Shown here piece by piece: positions 60,685-64,000 of a stretch of 64,000 bases of DNA. How positions within the stretch are numbered: position 1 is the stretch's first letter; every line of letters begins with the position of its first letter. A program made the position numbers and the translations under genes. Origin of the DNA: Azolla caroliniana. Lineage: Eukaryota; Plantae; Polypodiophyta. The DNA lies in NCBI GenBank assembly GCA_043228905.1, contig JBHGNT010000004.1:4774001-4838000 (forward strand), written 5' to 3'. The notes under the pieces are model-generated. The model did not search any database, was not told the origin of the DNA, and saw only the letters and a list, made by a program, of their open reading frames with translations.

Positions 60685-63492
60685 GTGTACACATCCCGCG
60701 ACCTTTACCAACCAACGCCTCTGGACCATTGCGTATTCCCACGTGTCATTGGTGTCCCCAGTAGTAGGCGGACCGAGACCCTTGGACCATTGTGTGTTCC
60801 CATGTGTCATTGGGCTCCATGTGGGCTTGTCCCAATAGTAGGTGGACCAAGACCCTTGGATCATGGCCTGTTCCAATGTGTCATTGTGCTCCATGTGGGC
60901 TTGTCCCAGTAGTAGGTGGACGGAGACCCTTGGACCATTGCGTGTTCCCACTTGTCATTGGGCTCCATGTGGATTCCAGCCACAAGAAGAAGGCTCACCG
61001 AGTGCGTGTGAACAAGAGAGTGCACGAATGCACATGAATGAAGTCTTGTGTATAACCAATTGTAAATATCGAAGTATTAATAAGTACAAGGTAGAGTATT
61101 TTAATAGGTACTTTTATGATTCCACAAAAAGAGGAGGATGTTAGCGTGTGATGGCAGAAAATCGTGAGGGAATCTCTAACAAAAGCGACCTATGTAATAA
61201 CAGCCAGATGTAACGTCGACCCTCTCGCTCCTTGGAGCTATAAAAGGGAGGGAAAGTGTATGTTGTAGGGGGATCGATCATTTTCAGGAGGGGGAGGTGT
61301 TGTCGGTTTGTGAAGTCGAGTATTGCAAGTTTCCTGTTTTGCTCAGTCAGTTAGTGGGTGTGAGGCCTCTACTCGCGAAAGAAGCTCATGTGCTCCCGAC
61401 TAGAGGCTCACCAGTCGGAGTGTTTGCTGAGCTCGAAGCTCTATTTCCTAGCCCAAGGCCAACCTTGTATTCTTTCACAATATTTAATCGATTACTCGAT
61501 ATTGTTGTGTCCAATGTGTTGTGTGTGCATCAGTTTGTTCTGGTCTATCTGGTTGTGTTCACAATTCTCTCTTTGTCTTCTGTGTCCAGGAAGGTGTTAT
61601 CTATTCCCTCATATGTTTTGCACATACCACCTAAGCCTATGAGCCTGTGAGCTCATATTTTGGAATCCGGCAATAGGGCCGGATTGGATGTCGTTCTACG
61701 AGCTCGTGTGCTCAATAAAGGACTCCGGAAATCGAGCCGGATAGGTCACCGCAAGCTTAGTAGCCACTCATTCTTAGGCTCCTTGGTCCTAGACCCCGAT
61801 GGTCCCACCCAACCCGACCCGGCCCGCAAGCCGCGGATTTCCGCGACTTCTTTGGTGAATCCGACATGAAAGGAATGAGGGGAGACGAGCTAGCAGAGGC
61901 CATGGCGGCGGCTGTTGACTGCCTTGTGAATGCCAGGGAGAGCTCAGTTGGCCTTGACAAGGCCATCAAAACTGTCGTCAGCACGATAGGCCAATTCAGC
62001 AAACGGGACGTCATGAGTTACTTGGAGGCCTTCAAGGCCGAAATGTTGATGAGGAACATTCCGGACGACACTCGATTGTCCGGATTTGCCTGAGTTGCCA
62101 CACCAAGCATCCACGTCGAGCTGCTCGAGATTCATGCCGACTGTCGTAATTGATCGGAGTTCGAGGATCGGCTCCTCGAAAGGTACAACTTTCAATGACT
62201 CGCTTCAGTTGTCAAAGAAGGAGTTCATGGAGTGGGTCGAACTCCAAGGAAAGGGCCGGAATACGACAACACCTCTCCACAAATTCGAGAAGCGATTTTC
62301 ACAACTCTTGGTGTTGGATTGGACCATGCTCAATACGGGCAAAGTCCTATTATTCATCAAGTCGGTCGACTCGCGTGATCGTGAGAAGGTAGGTCTCCTC
62401 CTAAAGACGGACGATGGCCTTACGACCGACTAGGCCGTAGTCAAATGGGTATTCATTTGTTTCGATAAACGACGTGAATCGAATGATGAGAGGATGTCAT
62501 CGACATGCCCGACCACCAGAGGGATAATGGGCGAGGTGTCGACTCGATCAGACGAAGATGGTGTGGAACCTCCAGATTGCTCAAGCTCGGAGGGATGCCA
62601 GGGGTCAATAGCTTTAGATGCATGTGGTGCGGCGGTGTCGACCACATTCGAAGGGACTACGCCGATTTCACAGAGGTGTTGAGGAACATCGTCGTTTACC
62701 TATTGAATGGCCGCGCGCATGCTAGCGAAACACGGAAGCCCCTCAAGATGAACATTGGACGAGGCAACATGAAGAGGATAATGGAGGAGGCAATGATGTG
62801 ACGCGTCGAAGCCATCCACTACTCGACATCGGCAGGTATCCGGGTTGGAGGATATAAGAGCGTCGGGATGGGGAGCAACACCGGATTCTGGCCGATGGTG
62901 TTGGAAAGCTTCTCTAGGAAGAAGCTTACGAAGGAAGAGGCGGACCGCACAGAGAGACGGGTCTGAGAGGTCATCGGTGAAGAGAAAACCAACTTCGTAG
63001 AAGCTGCATGCCAGAACTTCGAGGTTCTGGTAGATGACAAGCAGGTCGGAAAGGCCGGAGGGGCGGACCCCTCAGGCAAATACAATACCCGGGATGAGCC
63101 AAAGGGGAGAGGGCGTGGTCCGATCGACCCACAAGGAAAGGGAACGGAAAATTTTTGGAGCTTCCGGTTGAGCTCGAAAATAGAGAAGTCAACATACCTA
63201 CGAAAGGTCATGGAGGAGCGAATCCTCGACAGTCAGGTGGAATTCACACTGCGAGAAGTGTTGGGCATTGCTAAGAAAGAATTCAAAGATATGATCATCG
63301 ACTATGTGAAGAGGAAGCGGCTCTCAACGGAGCTAGAAAAGCGATAAACCGGACAAGGTGAAGACAATACACATCGATGAAGTGGTGGGGGAAGAGGAGT
63401 ATGCCAATAGCCACTACATGCGACTGCATTGAGCAAGGGCAACAATAGAGAGTCCGGTCTGGATAGGAGATGTGAAGAAGGAGCCGGTGTCG
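60685..63492 (+). mobile_element. Degenerate Ty3/Gypsy LTR retrotransposon (putative LTR ~60.7-61.65 kb; broken gag from 61866)
   Basis: LTR-like region with TATAAAAG at ~61239; gag-like frames interrupted by stops; decayed zinc knuckle RCMWCGGVDHIRRDY; pre-protease segment H*ARATIESPVWIGDVKKEPV. The 5' boundary is uncertain. Confidence 0.7.
60720..60972. repeat. Degenerate tandem repeat (~60-75 bp unit), probably inside an LTR
   Basis: ggaccattg..tgtcattgg..gtccca.tagtagg.ggac..agaccctt recurs about 4 times. Confidence 0.75.
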
Positions 63493-64000
63493 TGAGGATT
63501 TTTGGTCATGGTGAGAAAACCCGAGCAGGAGGAATAAAACAAGATGTGCAACATTGCACGTGAACTTAGGAAAATTGTAACATAGGAATAATAGACAAAT
63601 GTAAGGAGGAAAAGTAAGATGTAAAGGTATAAAGGTGATGTGCACTTTGTAGACTAGAGGTAGGCACATGAAGTATGGGTGTAGGGAGTAGTGGGCATTG
63701 AGTATGTCGGTGAGAGGAGAGGGAGTTAAGACCCATCAATCTCACCTCCCTAGATAACGTATCAGCCTATGCAAGGATAAAGAGCAAGGGCGGTTGGAAC
63801 TCCGTTCACATCTTGACAGTTCGGATGAACCACGAGTGTAACAAGGACTCTCTCGGCGGAGAAGGCCGAGAGGATTTTTGAAGAGGGCTATAAAGGTGTG
63901 GGGAGGCGATAGTCCGGACATCCATCCGAAACCCCACACTTGTACCATAGGTAGGAATTTTTGGCTCTCCGAGAATGGAGGTTGTATTGTAACCATCATC
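63493..64000. mobile_element. Probable LTR of a second element nested in the Gypsy copy (runs off the window)
   Basis: Coding similarity stops abruptly before the expected protease motif; new sequence starts with TG, is purine-rich, and has TATAAA at ~63889. Confidence 0.45.

Overview
Eukaryotic land-plant nuclear DNA: AT-rich, intron-containing and rich in microsatellites. The PLS-PPR style, Gypsy type and high gene density suggest a non-seed plant, probably a small-genome fern (inference). The window holds a MIR390 hairpin (+) and seven spliced protein-coding genes, all on the minus strand: a DUF789 protein, an RWP-RK transcription factor, a type-B cytokinin response regulator, U2AF65, a GT47/exostosin glycosyltransferase, a small unknown protein that is probably plastid-targeted, and a PLS-class PPR protein. 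There are also a tRNA-derived SINE-like element, a probable solo LTR, a degenerate Gypsy element with a probable nested insertion, and many local tandem duplications. The two most notable observations are (1) a PPR editing-factor-like protein with an N-terminal OSB-type PDF ssDNA-binding motif, split by an in-frame intron, and a decayed deaminase tail; and (2) an RWP-RK protein whose first exon, absent from the ORF track, completes an apparent N-terminal ubiquitin-like/PB1 fold. Exon boundaries were read by eye from splice signals and reading frame; no searches were run.
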